64,000 nucleotides of DNA from Felis catus (taxonomy: Eukaryota), in contig NC_058368.1 of the NCBI RefSeq assembly GCF_018350175.1, positions 112,904,001 to 112,968,000 on the forward strand, written 5' to 3'. Both the position numbers and the translations under genes were made by a program. Below the pieces are notes generated by a model. The model did no database searches. It saw only the letters and a list, made by a program, of their open reading frames with translations, and was not told where the DNA came from. How positions within the stretch are numbered: position 1 is the stretch's first letter; each line of letters opens with the position of its first letter. Below, in pieces: positions 53,001 to 64,000 of this stretch.

Positions 53001-53848
53001 CAAGGGAATTAAAAGCAAAAATGAACTATTGGGACCCCATGAAGCTATCTTTCTATAAAGATATAAACTTTCTATAAAGCTTCTGCACTGCAAAGGAAAC
53101 AATCAACAACACTAAAAGGCAACCAACGGAATGGGAAAAGATATTTGCCAATGACATAACAGACAAAGGGCTAGTATCCAAAATCTATAAAGAGCTCACC
53201 AAACTCCACACCTGAAAAACAAATAACCCATTGAAGAAATGGGCAGAAAACATGAATAGACACTTCTCTAAAGAAGACATCCAGATGGCCAGATGAAAAG
53301 ATGCTCAGCGTCACTCCTCATCAGGGAAATACAAATCAAAACTACACTCAGATACTACCTCATGCCAGTCAGAGTGGCTAAAATGAACAAATCCGGAAAC
53401 TATAGATGCTGGCGAGGCTGTGGAGAAACAGGAACCCTCTTGCACTGTTGGTGGGAATGCAAATTGGTACAGCCTCTCTGGAAAATAGTGTGGAGGTTCC
53501 TCAAAAAATTAAAAATAGATCTCCCCTATGACCCAGCAATAGCACTGCTAGGAATTTACCCAAGGGATACAGGAGTGCTGATGCATAGGGGCACTTGTAT
53601 CCCAACATTGATAGGAGCACTTTCAACAATAACCAAATTATGGAAAGAGCCTAAATGTCCATCCACTGACAAATGGATAAAGAAGATGTGGTTCATATAT
53701 ACAATGGAATGCTAGGTGGAAATGAGAAAGAATGAAATCTGGCCATTTATAGCAACATGGATGGAACTGGAGTGTATTATGCTAAGTGGAATAAGTCAGG
53801 CAGAGAAAGACATATACCATATGTTTTCATTCATATGTGGATCCTGAG
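50056..53848 (+). pseudogene. L1 ORF2p (endonuclease/reverse transcriptase), disrupted
   Basis: EN motifs AGDFNTPL and SDHN; RT motifs [17 protein letters not shown] and FADD; C-terminal [14 protein letters not shown]; several stops and frameshifts. Confidence 0.95.
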
Positions 53849-54068
53849 AAACTTAACAGAAGACCATGGGTGAGGGGAAGGAATAAAAAAAAAAAAAAGG
53901 TTAGAGAGGGAGGGAGCCAAAACATAAGAGACTCTTAAAAACTGAGAACAAACTGAGGGTTGATGGGGGTGGGAGGGAGGGAAGGGTGGGTGATCGGTAT
54001 TGAGGGCACCTGTTGGGATGAGCACTGGTGTTGTATGGAAACCAATTTGACAATAAATTTCATATTTA

Positions 54069-54073
54069 AGAAA

Positions 54074-54145
<72 letters not shown>

Positions 54146-54146
54146 A
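54069..54146. repeat. (GAAA)n microsatellite derived from the L1 tail
   Basis: Long tetranucleotide run after the L1 polyadenylation signal. Confidence 0.95.
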
Positions 54147-54671
54147 ACTATTCATCTATAAGAAGCAACTCCTTACCTATTAAAGTTTTATCATGAGATT
54201 GCAGCCATTGAGTCACATTATCAGGCTCCACTTCTACTTCTAGTCTCTTCTCTTGCTATTTCTACCACTCTTCAGTGACTTCTTCCAGTGAAGTCTTGAA
54301 CCTCTCAAAGTCGTCCATGAGGGTTGAAGTCAACTTCTCCCAAACTCCTGTGCGTGTGGACAGTTTGACTTCTTCCTGTGAATCCCTAATGTTCTTGATG
54401 ACATGTAGAATCATGCATCTTTTCCAGAAATTTTCAACTTACTTTGCCCAGACCCATAAGAGGAATCACTCTCAATGGCAGCTATAGCCTTATGAAATAT
54501 ATTTATTAAAGAATAAGACTCGAAAGTCAAAATGACTCCTTAATCCACGGGCTGTAAAATGGTTGCTGTGTTAGTAGGCAAGAGAATGACAGTAATATCA
54601 TCGTACATCTCCATCAGAGCTCTTGAGTGCCCAGGTGCGTTGTCAATGATGGTGATACTTTGAAAGGAATC

Positions 54672-54854
54672 TTTTTTTTTCTTTTTTTTAGAAAAATTTT
54701 TAAATGTTTATTTATTTGAGAGAGTTATCCAAAGCAGGCTCTAGGCTCCAAGCTGTCAGCACAGAGCCCGACGCAAGCCCTAACCCACGAACCTGTGAGA
54801 TCATGACCTGGGGCGAAGTTGGGCACTTAACCAACTGAGCCACCTAGGTGCCCC
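54672..54854 (-). mobile_element. Can-SINE with a shortened CT linker, inside Tigger1
   Basis: Reverse SINE head and poly(T). Confidence 0.9.
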
Positions 54855-55674
54855 AGAAATCATTTCTTCTGAACAGTAGTTCTCAACAGGCAGTCTAAAA
54901 TATTCAGTAAACTATATTGTAAACAGATGTGCTGTCATCCAGGCTTTGTTGCTCCATTTCTAGAGTACAGGCAGGGTAGATTTAACATCATTCTTAAGGG
55001 TCCTAGGATTTTCTGAATGGTAAATAAGCATTGACTTCAGTTTAAAATCACCAGCTGCATTAGCCCCCAATCAGAGATTCAGCTTGTCTTTTGAAGCTTT
55101 GAAGCAAGGCATTGACTTCTCCTCTCTAGCTATGAAAGTCCTAGATGGCATCTTTTTCCAACAGAAGGCCATTTTGGCTACTTTGAAAAGCTATTTTTTG
55201 CTATGGCCACCTTCACAAATTATCTTAGCTAGATCCCCTGGATAACTTCCTTAGCTCTCCCGTGGATAGCCCTCCCTGCCTCATTTGCACTTTAATGTTT
55301 TGGAGATGGCTTCCTTCCTTACGCCACATGAACAAACCCCTGCTAGCTTCAGACTTTTCTTCTGTACCTTCTTCTCCTCTCACAGCATTCACAGAACTGA
55401 AGAGAATTAAGGCCTTGCCCTGGGTTAGGCTTTGGCTGAAGGAATTGTTGTGCTTGGTTTACTCTTCCATCCAGACCACTCAGACTTTCTCCATATCAGC
55501 AATAAGGCTGTTTCCCTTTCTTATGATTTCTGTGTTTGCTGAAGTATCGCTTTTCATTTTCCTCAGGAATTCTTTGTTTTTACAACTTGGCTAACTGGCA
55601 TAAAAGCCTAGCTTTCATCCTATCTTAGCTTTCAACTTGCCTTCCTCTCTAAGCTTAATCATTTATCGCTTTTG

Positions 55675-55898
55675 TTTTTTTTTTAATTTTTTTTTAACAT
55701 TTATTTATTTTTGAGACAGAGAGAGACAGAGCATGAACGGGGGGAGGGCCAGAGAGAGAGGGAGACACAGAATCTGAAGCAGGCTCCAGGCTCTGAGCTG
55801 TCAGCACAGAGCCTGATGCGGGGCTCGAACTCACGGACCGTGAGATCGTGACCTGAGCGAAGTCGGACGCTCAACCGACTGAGCCACCCAGGCGCCCC
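55675..55898 (-). mobile_element. Young Can-SINE inside Tigger1
   Basis: CpG-rich; TSD ATTTATCGCTTTTG. Confidence 0.96.
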
Positions 55899-56661
55899 TA
55901 ATTTATCGCTTTTGAATTAAAGTGAAAGATGTGACTCTTCCCTTCACTTGAGTACTTTGAAACTATTGTGGGTTTTTAATTGGCCTAATTGCAGTATTGC
56001 TGTGTCTTAGGAAATAGTGAAGCAGGAGGAGAGGTAGAGAGATGGGAGAAAGGCTGGTCAGGAGAGCAGTCAGAACACACATAGCCCTTATCACTTTAGT
56101 TCGCCATCTCATACGGGCAGGGTTCTTGGTGCCCCAACAGTTACAGTAGTAACATCAAAGATCATTGATCACAGATCATCGTAAGGAATATAATAATGAA
56201 AAAGTTTGAAATATTTCAAGATTTACCGAAATTTGACACAGAGACACAAAGTGAGAAAATGCTGCTAGAAAAATGGCACCCATAGATTTGCTCAGTGCGG
56301 GGTTGTCCCAAGTCTTCATTTTGTAAAAATTCAGATCTGTGAAGCTCAGTAAAACAAAGTGCAATAAAATAAGGTATGCCTGCGTATTTTGAATGCACAC
56401 ACCATTCAGAGCACCATGGAAATAGAGGTAAAACAAACAATTCTTGGCTTCATTGAGCCATGGAAGATATATTCTAGTGGGGGAAATCAACAATTTAAAA
56501 AGTGTAAAAAATAGAGATTTCTTTTCAGGGGATGATAAGTGCTATGAAGAAACATTTAGTAAAAGGAGCTAGGAAGTAACCAACTAACAGTAATTTTAGA
56601 AACGAGGTGGAAGAAGCCTCTCTAAAGAAAGGACTCCATGCAGAACATGAAAGGAGGTGAT

Positions 56662-56877
56662 GGGGCGCCTGGGTGGCGCAGTCGGTTAAGCGTCCGACTT
56701 CAGCCAGGTCACGATCTCGCGGTCCGTGAGTTCGAGCCCCGCGTCGGGCTCTGGGCTGATGGCTCAGAGCCTGGAGCCTGTTTCCGATTCTGTGTCTCCC
56801 TCTCTCTCTGCCCCTCCCCCGTTCATGCTCTGTCTCTCTCTGTCCCAAAAATAAATAAACGTTGGAAAAAAAAAAAA
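56662..56877 (+). mobile_element. Young felid SINE (SINEC_Fc-type)
   Basis: Perfect TSD AACATGAAAGGAGGTGA; about 3 differences from the copy at 43998. Confidence 0.97.
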
Positions 56878-57504
56878 AACATGAAAGGAGGTGAGACCAC
56901 ACTTGGGGACCTTGCTGTCTGCTCTCCCTTGTTCCTCCATGCTCCAGACTGGCCAATTGGTTTTTTATTCCCTAATTGCTCAGGCTACCCCAGGGCCCTT
57001 ACACTTGCCTCCAGTTCTTCCTTGTCCCTTCCTTCTTTTCATTCTTCTGCTTCTTCTCCTTTTCCTTCGCCTCCTTCTTCAGTACTCAGTATGCTCTTCT
57101 CAGTATGCCCCTCACCTCACTGGACCTACCTGTTTCTTAATCTTTGACTCCTGGCTGAACCTTCTTCCTAATGGAAAAACTTTCTGGACTTCTAGACGAA
57201 ATGAAACTCTGTTATTATGTATTCTTATTGACCACGTTCTTGTCTTCATCTTGTCAATTTAGTTTTGTGTTGTATGTGGGTGAACTTTGCACATTCAATG
57301 AAATATTTACTATTTTCTTACATTTTAATACTAGAATTACTACGATTGAAAAATTTTGAAAACTAGCTTCTCTTAAGCTTTAATATCAGTGATGAACCAT
57401 GTTTTTTAATTTATCAATCTAGTTTATTTCAGTATAAAAATAAGAAATGTATACTTTATTTGATTAATGTAATTTTATTAATAGTAATGTTAATTATACA
57501 TTGA

Positions 57505-57555
57505 ACAGATTAAGTGTTCTATACAATTTACAGATTAAGTGTTCTATACAATTTA
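57505..57555. repeat. Perfect 25-bp tandem duplication
   Basis: ACAGATTAAGTGTTCTATACAATTT twice. Confidence 0.9.
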
Positions 57556-58699
57556 ACCTAATGGTCTTACTTAATCATACCTCCCCAAATGTTTTAGGTT
57601 GCAATTACAAATACAATAGATGTGATTCTCCCAGGGCACAGCTGCCTGCGGACCTACAAGTTGAACACAGTTTTCTTAGGCACTTAAACATTACTTTCAA
57701 AACCAATAAATCTCAACTTTTGGACGTAATGGATCAGGTTATCAAATAAACAGGGTCCACAAATGTAATCAGCCAAATTATTGGAAGCCTTTCAAATTAA
57801 AATCACAAGTGTATTGCTCATTAACTACCTAAAATCGAAATAGCAAGTCTGGTGGGTTACTCAGTTTACCAATTTCATACACCTGAAATCAGCACTGATC
57901 CACCAGTCTTCCCAGCGTGTCTCAGATTCGACGCCCTCAATCCATGGGGCAGGCAGGTGAGCCCTGAGGCAGCCAGAGTCCATGGTGTGATTGCATCCTA
58001 CTAAGAGTAGCCTTCATATGGGGTTCCAAATCCCTTCAGTTAGCAACCCCAGTATTCCTTTGATATATTATTTGTCTCATGACTTGATAAAGGTTGGGAA
58101 GCACTGCCATAAATAACAAATAAACACATACAAGTCATTACGATTCCAAAACCTTTCAAAGCCCGACGCAGAAGTGTTCGTTCTCTGGGTGTGTTTTTCC
58201 TATTTAACCAACTCTAGGCTTATTTCCAGACTTCCCGGGGTGGAAAGACATTTTCCCAAATAGGGAGAGCAGATGTGACATCTCTGGCCGGCTGAGGTCA
58301 CTGGCCCACGACATGGGATACTGATGGATTTGGCTGCATGTGCAGAATAATTCTACTTGAGCCTCAGATTTAAAAGCTGAGCCCTATTTTATAGTCAGGC
58401 TCTGCTTCTTTTCCTAGTTCTTAGAAAACTGTAACCTCTTTCAGAGTCGTGCTGCCTGATTCGAGGTGGTTTTACTTGCCCTGCTTAGACCGAAACTAAC
58501 CCCTTTCCATTACGTGGCAACTTTCTACAATCCTTGTACTTCGGGTTTGCCTCTGTCTTTCTTGTCACCATTATTATACAGTCTCATTTATATATGACAT
58601 TAGCACAGTTGTAATTTCACATTTAGGTCCTTGACCACTTGATTGTTCTCTGTCTCTCTCCCAAGACTGTGAACTTCATTAGAGTCACAACCCTGTCTA

Positions 58700-58920
58700 T
58701 TTTTTTTTAAGTTTTATTTATCTACTTTGACAGAGATAGAGACACCATGAGCAGGGGAGGGTCAGAGAGAGGGGGGGGGGGGATAGAGAATTCCAAGCAG
58801 GCTGTGCACTGTCAGTGCAGACAGAGCCCCATGTGGGGCTCAAACTCACAAACCATGAGATCATGACCTGAGCTGAAATCAGGTGTTGGACACTTAACTG
58901 ACTGAGCCACCCAGGCACCC
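58700..58920 (-). mobile_element. Can-SINE
   Basis: Reverse SINE; TSD CAAC(C/T)CTGTCT. Confidence 0.93.
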
Positions 58921-60967
58921 CAACTCTGTCTTATTTTTGCTCAACACCTTATCTCTGCTCTGTGGGACAACACATCCATATAATAAATTTACCAAGCAAG
59001 GGAAGAAAGAACAAGTAATTATCCAGAGAAGTATACTACATTTCACTGGTCCTCAAATCTAGGGGAGTCCTCCTTACCATTTTCAAAAATTATAATATAG
59101 GTAATACATAGGTATTTCATCAAGGGGTGTGTTTCCTAGGAAAAAACTTGGTCCTGCTGAATGCTTAATTGCTCTCTGAGAAATGGGGAAAGCACCAAAA
59201 CATAACAGATCAAAATAGATATGTACAAAGTCAAAGATAGAATATGCTCTGGGCCAGCAAGATTGGTTTGATTTTTCAATGAGATGATGCTGCTCAGCGT
59301 GACACTCATGAGGGGAGACACTGACATTAGCCTTCCTAGCAATGTCCAGAGAAAGGTGCCCAAAGACAAGTGGTGTGGACTCTGGGGAAACTATATGTGA
59401 TGGATATAATATTCAGGTTTGAACATCCCTGCAGAGAAGGAGACATATGGCTTATGAGCCACAAGAACTAAGATTCCTAGGACTCTCTTCCCTGCTTTCC
59501 TCTCCCTCCCACCCCTTACCAGCCTTCTCCTGATCTGCTACCTTGCAGCCTTTCTTTAGACGTTAGCTCCAGGATCACTGCCGCCAAGCTTTTCCCAACT
59601 GTTCTCCAGTCCAGCCCCTCATTCTGGAAAGGGTGCCTCTGCCCTGGGCCCCCGTAGCATTGTACACCTGCCACACCACATTCTACAAGTTCCACATCAT
59701 TTCAGAGTTGCTCAGGTACCTGTTTATATCCTTTAATAGATTGTGGATTACATGATGGCAAGAATGAGGTACGATCTATTCATCATTTATAGTACCTCAC
59801 GCAGAGGCGGCTGTTCAGTAAAGGGCGGTTGAATGAATAATTCGTTGGGATCCCTTGTTTAGGTGGCCACTTTCTGATTATCACTGGCCTTCATGTAAAG
59901 AGAGGGTGCACAAGGAGAAGGACGTGGGTCGAAAGAGGAACTTGTGTGACCCCCTTAGAATTTCTAACTTTTACTGGAAAATGGTTTAGTTGATATTGTA
60001 TGACATCAGTCTCTGGGCACTGGGTAAATGTAACTCCATCCCTGAGACAGAAGTCATGTTTGGCCGGGCCCTACCCAGTTTCATCAACAGCCCTTCCCCC
60101 TGCAGACACCTTCTCCATCTGCATCTTGTTCTGACCCCAATCTTTGCTTTAGAAACATTCATACCTGGGAGGAAAAGTGATTCAAGACAACCTGACAGCA
60201 GAGCTCTTCACTGAAAGAAATGAGCGGCAAATGATAAAAAGCACCCTGCACAAAGACTGCATTCATTGAAGGTGCTCTGATGTTAGATTCTTATTCAATT
60301 TAGTTAGCTCTATAGCTATTTAGCTATTGAATGTTATGATCTAAATTTATTCTACATTGAATCTGCCAAGAATTTAGCCTATAATGAAAAAAATAGCTTG
60401 TCTTAATGGTTTCGTCCCAGGAACCTATTTTCCCCTTAGATGAAATATTATACGAGTCTTTATTTTCCTCTTTTTCCCAAAGCCTTGGGATTTAGTGAAG
60501 ATGAAACTTGAAGCAGAAGTGGGGAAGTGTGGAGGGGCTCTCGCTGCTGTCCAGGCAGGCGATGGCCCAGTACGGGGTGGGGCAATGTTTTCCCCTCCAG
60601 GCCAAGCTTGTCTCTGTGTTATTCTGTGCTGAGCTTAGCTTCCGTAATGATCAGCGGACAAAAAGGAAGGAATAAAAAAGTGCTGGGTCTTTGGAGGCCG
60701 TTTGTAACACCCCATACTGTTTCTATTTCAAGACGAATCTTAACCATATAGTTACTTTCATTTGTAATTATGACTTGGTTGTTACCATTATTGCTTTCAG
60801 TATCCCAGACCCTTTGCTAAATCCTTGCTATGCATTTATCCCACTTAATCCTTCCAGTGACCCTGTAAGTTCTATGCTTATGCCATCACTTCCCAAGACT
60901 TGGAGAAGTGAAATGACTTGTTTACAGTCACAGAAAAGGGATTGGCAGTGCTAAGACTTAATAAGCA

Positions 60968-61189
60968 TTTCTTTTTCTTTTTTTTAATGTTTATTTATTT
61001 TTTGAAAGAGAGAGAAAGAGACTGAGTGTGAGCAGGGGAGGGGCAGAGAGAGAGGGAGACAGAATCTGAAGCAGTCTCCAGGCTCTGAGCCATCAGCACA
61101 GAGCCTGATGCGGGGCCCGAACCCACAAACTGTGAGATCATGACCTGAGCTGAAGTCAGGTGCTTAACGGACTGAGCCACCCAGGCACC
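60968..61189 (-). mobile_element. Can-SINE inserted in a MIR remnant
   Basis: Reverse SINE; MIR-like sequence on both flanks. Confidence 0.92.
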
Positions 61190-62389
61190 ACAGACTTATA
61201 CCCACTTCTGTCTGATTCACAAGATTACCTTTTTTACCACTATGATGGCTTTCACAAAAATGGATAAACATCACTTCAGAAGCTTCAGGAGTTCTGACTC
61301 AGGCAGCCACCACCACCAACCTGTCCCAGACTATAGTCTGTTGTGCTTTCTCTTGGCCACAACCCGCAAACTTGCCAGAGATAGTCCATCACGGTGGACA
61401 CTACTCTAGGGCAGCCCTGGCCAGATGTAAGAATTATATATCAATAATGCTTGCCAGGTACAGTAGAGACAAGAACCAGTCTGAATGAACCAGGGGAAAG
61501 ATGCAGAGTCGTCTTCTACTTTCTGGGTTAAGGGGTTTGAGCATTTTAAAGGTAGAAAGAGATACACGTGAGGAAGCATCTCATGTTCAGGGTGAAATAG
61601 AAAGAACCATTAACACTCAGATAAGACCATTCGTTTGTGTTCCGTGTAGATGTAAACAGGTAGCATTTACTTAAAAGAAACTCGATCACGTAAAATCAGT
61701 ATGTGTGATTTTGGTCTTTATTCAAGAAATGCTTATTGAGTGTTTAGTTTACTCTGTGGAAGGCCCTGTGCCAAATGCTGGAGATTTTCCCCCTCTATTT
61801 AAGCTTCTGTTATGGTTCTCAGATAGTAATGTAATTAAAGACAACTAGTGATGACCAAAAGGTGACATGGGATTTAATCCACTTTCCCCAGAGCCAGGTA
61901 CACACCTTCTTCTTCAAAGCAGGGGGTCCTGTAGGGGGACCGATGCTGTGAACCAGCAGTGCTCATCTTTAGGCGTGTGGACTGGCAGAGGAGCCCCTCC
62001 ACGTGGGATGAGGGAGCATCGCCGAATTGTTGCCAGGACACGAATCTGCCCGCTGAATAAGGATTGGGGAAAAGGAAAAACAGTGTTGTTGAATAGCACT
62101 CAGCTCTTTTGCTGAGCTTTATCCCAAGGTACTTTTTGTCCTTTCCTGCATCTTGAAGAAAGCGCCTAGGATCTAAGGAAAGAGGATACTCTGAATACGC
62201 ATTTTCGGGGGGTGGGGTCTTCTAAAACAGAACTTGATAGGTCAGGTCCCTTGAAGGTCAGTGCTTCTTTCTCTCAGGTCTGAGTGTCTTTAAGGTACAG
62301 AAGCCCTCCATCCACACCAGTAGACTTTGTGGCCCATGCCTTCTTTTCAAATGTCCTAAAGGATTTGCCTAATATGTGACCTAAGAGTC

Positions 62390-62600
62390 AACATAACAGT
62401 TACTGAGGACTTGCTGTGTGCCACACCCCGTGCTGAGCGATTTTATAGAAGCTGTGTCAGACCGGTTTTCTTTCTATGCCCATTGTACAGATGAGGGAAA
62501 CTGAGGGTTAGCAAAGAGAGGTAGTTTGTTGAAGTAAGGGGCAGAGCTGAGGTCAGACGCAGGTCTGATTTCATCAGCCCTGACCTTAATCATTATACTC
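62390..62600. mobile_element. MIR remnant
   Basis: TTTACTGAGGACTTGCTGTGTGCCA...CCCATTGTACAGATGAGGGAAACTGAGG. Confidence 0.75.
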
Positions 62601-63493
62601 CCGTTCAAGCAGTACTTACGGAGTGCCTGCTGTGCACCAGATCCTCTAGACATTGGGGATCTGGAGGAGAGGAAAACAGACTTCCCGCCTGTAGAGACTG
62701 CTCTGGGGGTGCTGGGGGAGCAATTAACAAATAAGCATCAAGTGTAGTATCAGGGGGTGAGAGTTGTGTGGGCCATGAGATCTGTATCGATAGCTACGTG
62801 TGGATATATGTTTATGACCGACGTGCCTAAGAAAAAGACTAGAAAGACCTATACCCATAAGGGTCATTATCTTCGGTTGTCAGATTTTTATTTTCTTCTT
62901 TACACTTTTTTTTTTTTTTTTTGAAATTGTTCAAATATTCTGCAGCGGCCGAATATTTCTGATATAATCAGATGAAACCCATAAATATTATTAAAAACAG
63001 AATTTAATCTTAAAAAATCCTGACAAACAGCATATGGTTTAGGCTCCGGCCTCCTGCCTCTTTCGTCTCGGTTCTTTATATTAGAAAAGGAGCATAGTTT
63101 GGCTTTTTTTTCATCCATGCCCGTGTCTGAAACATTCATTGCTCCCCCAGGAATCGTGCCGGCTCCCTCTGCCCCAGGCTTTTCTGAGTGTGTGCCTATC
63201 AGGGTTCCTCCACCTTGGCTCCACATTTGAATCTGTTGGGAGTGTTTCAAATCCGATGCCAGGGCCTCAGCCCGCAGGCCCTGCTAAGGCAGAAGCTCTG
63301 GGGTGGGGTCTGGGCCTCCCTCCATTTTGAAGTTCCCTGGGTAACTCTACTGTGCAACCAGGGTCCGGAGTCTTTGGACAGTGGGCCCCCTCTGCCTCTC
63401 AAACTCATTTCCTGGGGAGTAGCCAGGGTAGAACGTGCCAAAGCACGTCCTCAGCCCTCTCCTTCCTCTCTGTCTCATTAGCTCTAGGATGGC

Positions 63494-63541
63494 GGAGGAG
63501 GAGGAAGAGGAAGCGGGGGAGGAGGAGGAGGAGGAGGAGGA
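63494..63541. repeat. (GAG)n imperfect trinucleotide repeat in a GC-rich unique region
   Basis: GAG run interrupted by GAA/GCG/GGG. Confidence 0.85.
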
Positions 63542-64000
63542 ACAACAACCAGTAGAGCAGGTGGCCAGAACTAGGCAGAAGCGGGGCCAGTCCTGCGTCC
63601 TCCAGCCCGTGGCTGCAGCCCTCACAGCTCCCTCCTGACCTACTTACTCAGGGCCCGCCACTGTGTGAGGGACTCAGGACTGGAGGACAGCAGAAATCAC
63701 TGACCAAAGCCAAACACTGTGCAGATGGGGAGCAGAGGACACACTCCAGTCACACTAGAATTCTCACCGTTCCGGAACGCCACGCTCCCTGCCACAGCTC
63801 CGAGCCTTAGGCCTGTGCTGTCCTCTCACACTGAAAGGTCCCTTGATGTCAACTCTCTCCTCCCCCCCCACCCTCCGGGCGCTGTGTTCTGCCTTTCCTT
63901 GAAGGCTAAGCTTTGGGAGTTCCCCCCTGACCCTGTGCTCCCCAGGCAGGACCACTTTCCGTTCTCCCCCTTTTATCTATGGCTCCCACCTGTAGGAATT

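Larger units (their letters stand above)
48411..54146 (+). mobile_element. Near full-length felid LINE-1, inactive
   Basis: GC-rich 5'UTR, ORF1, ORF2, 3'UTR with AATAAA and a (GAAA)n tail; imperfect TSD AAGA(C/A)ACTA. Confidence 0.97.
47827..56382 (-). mobile_element. Full-length Tigger1 (TcMar) DNA transposon interrupted by an L1 and two SINEs
   Basis: TIRs CAGGCATACCTT / AAGGTATGCCTG with TA on the left; ~2.4 kb after removing the inserts; minus-strand peptide [29 protein letters not shown] resembles the Tigger1 transposase C-terminus. Confidence 0.9.

Noticed and set aside
56525..57147. Long ORFs of 143 and 169 aa, and similar ones at 10285, 30678 and 43981
   Set aside because: They are read-throughs of SINE and low-complexity sequence.

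Overview
Mammalian genomic DNA from a cat-family (Felidae) genome, as judged by about 20 tRNA-derived Can-SINEs, including young felid-type copies, and felid/carnivore L1s. The window is repeat-dense and intronic or intergenic. I found no convincing host protein-coding gene, and nearly all long ORFs in the track come from L1, Tigger or SINE sequence. Main elements: (1) a full-length Tigger1 DNA transposon (47827-56382) interrupted by a ~5.7 kb disabled L1 and two SINEs; (2) a multiply nested L1/SINE/LTR cluster at 10-15 kb; (3) several solo LTRs and a truncated ERV; (4) a 32-bp G4-type minisatellite. The most unusual structures are a ~170-bp composite insertion at 26818-26988, built from two nearby unique segments in scrambled order and ending in a fold-back hairpin; two smaller fold-back repair scars; a ~50-bp poly(A)-site micro-retrocopy with an 18-bp TSD; and a 27-nt minus-strand microexon candidate. 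I see no evidence of a new multi-gene system. Repeat family names come from recalled consensus features, not from a database search.
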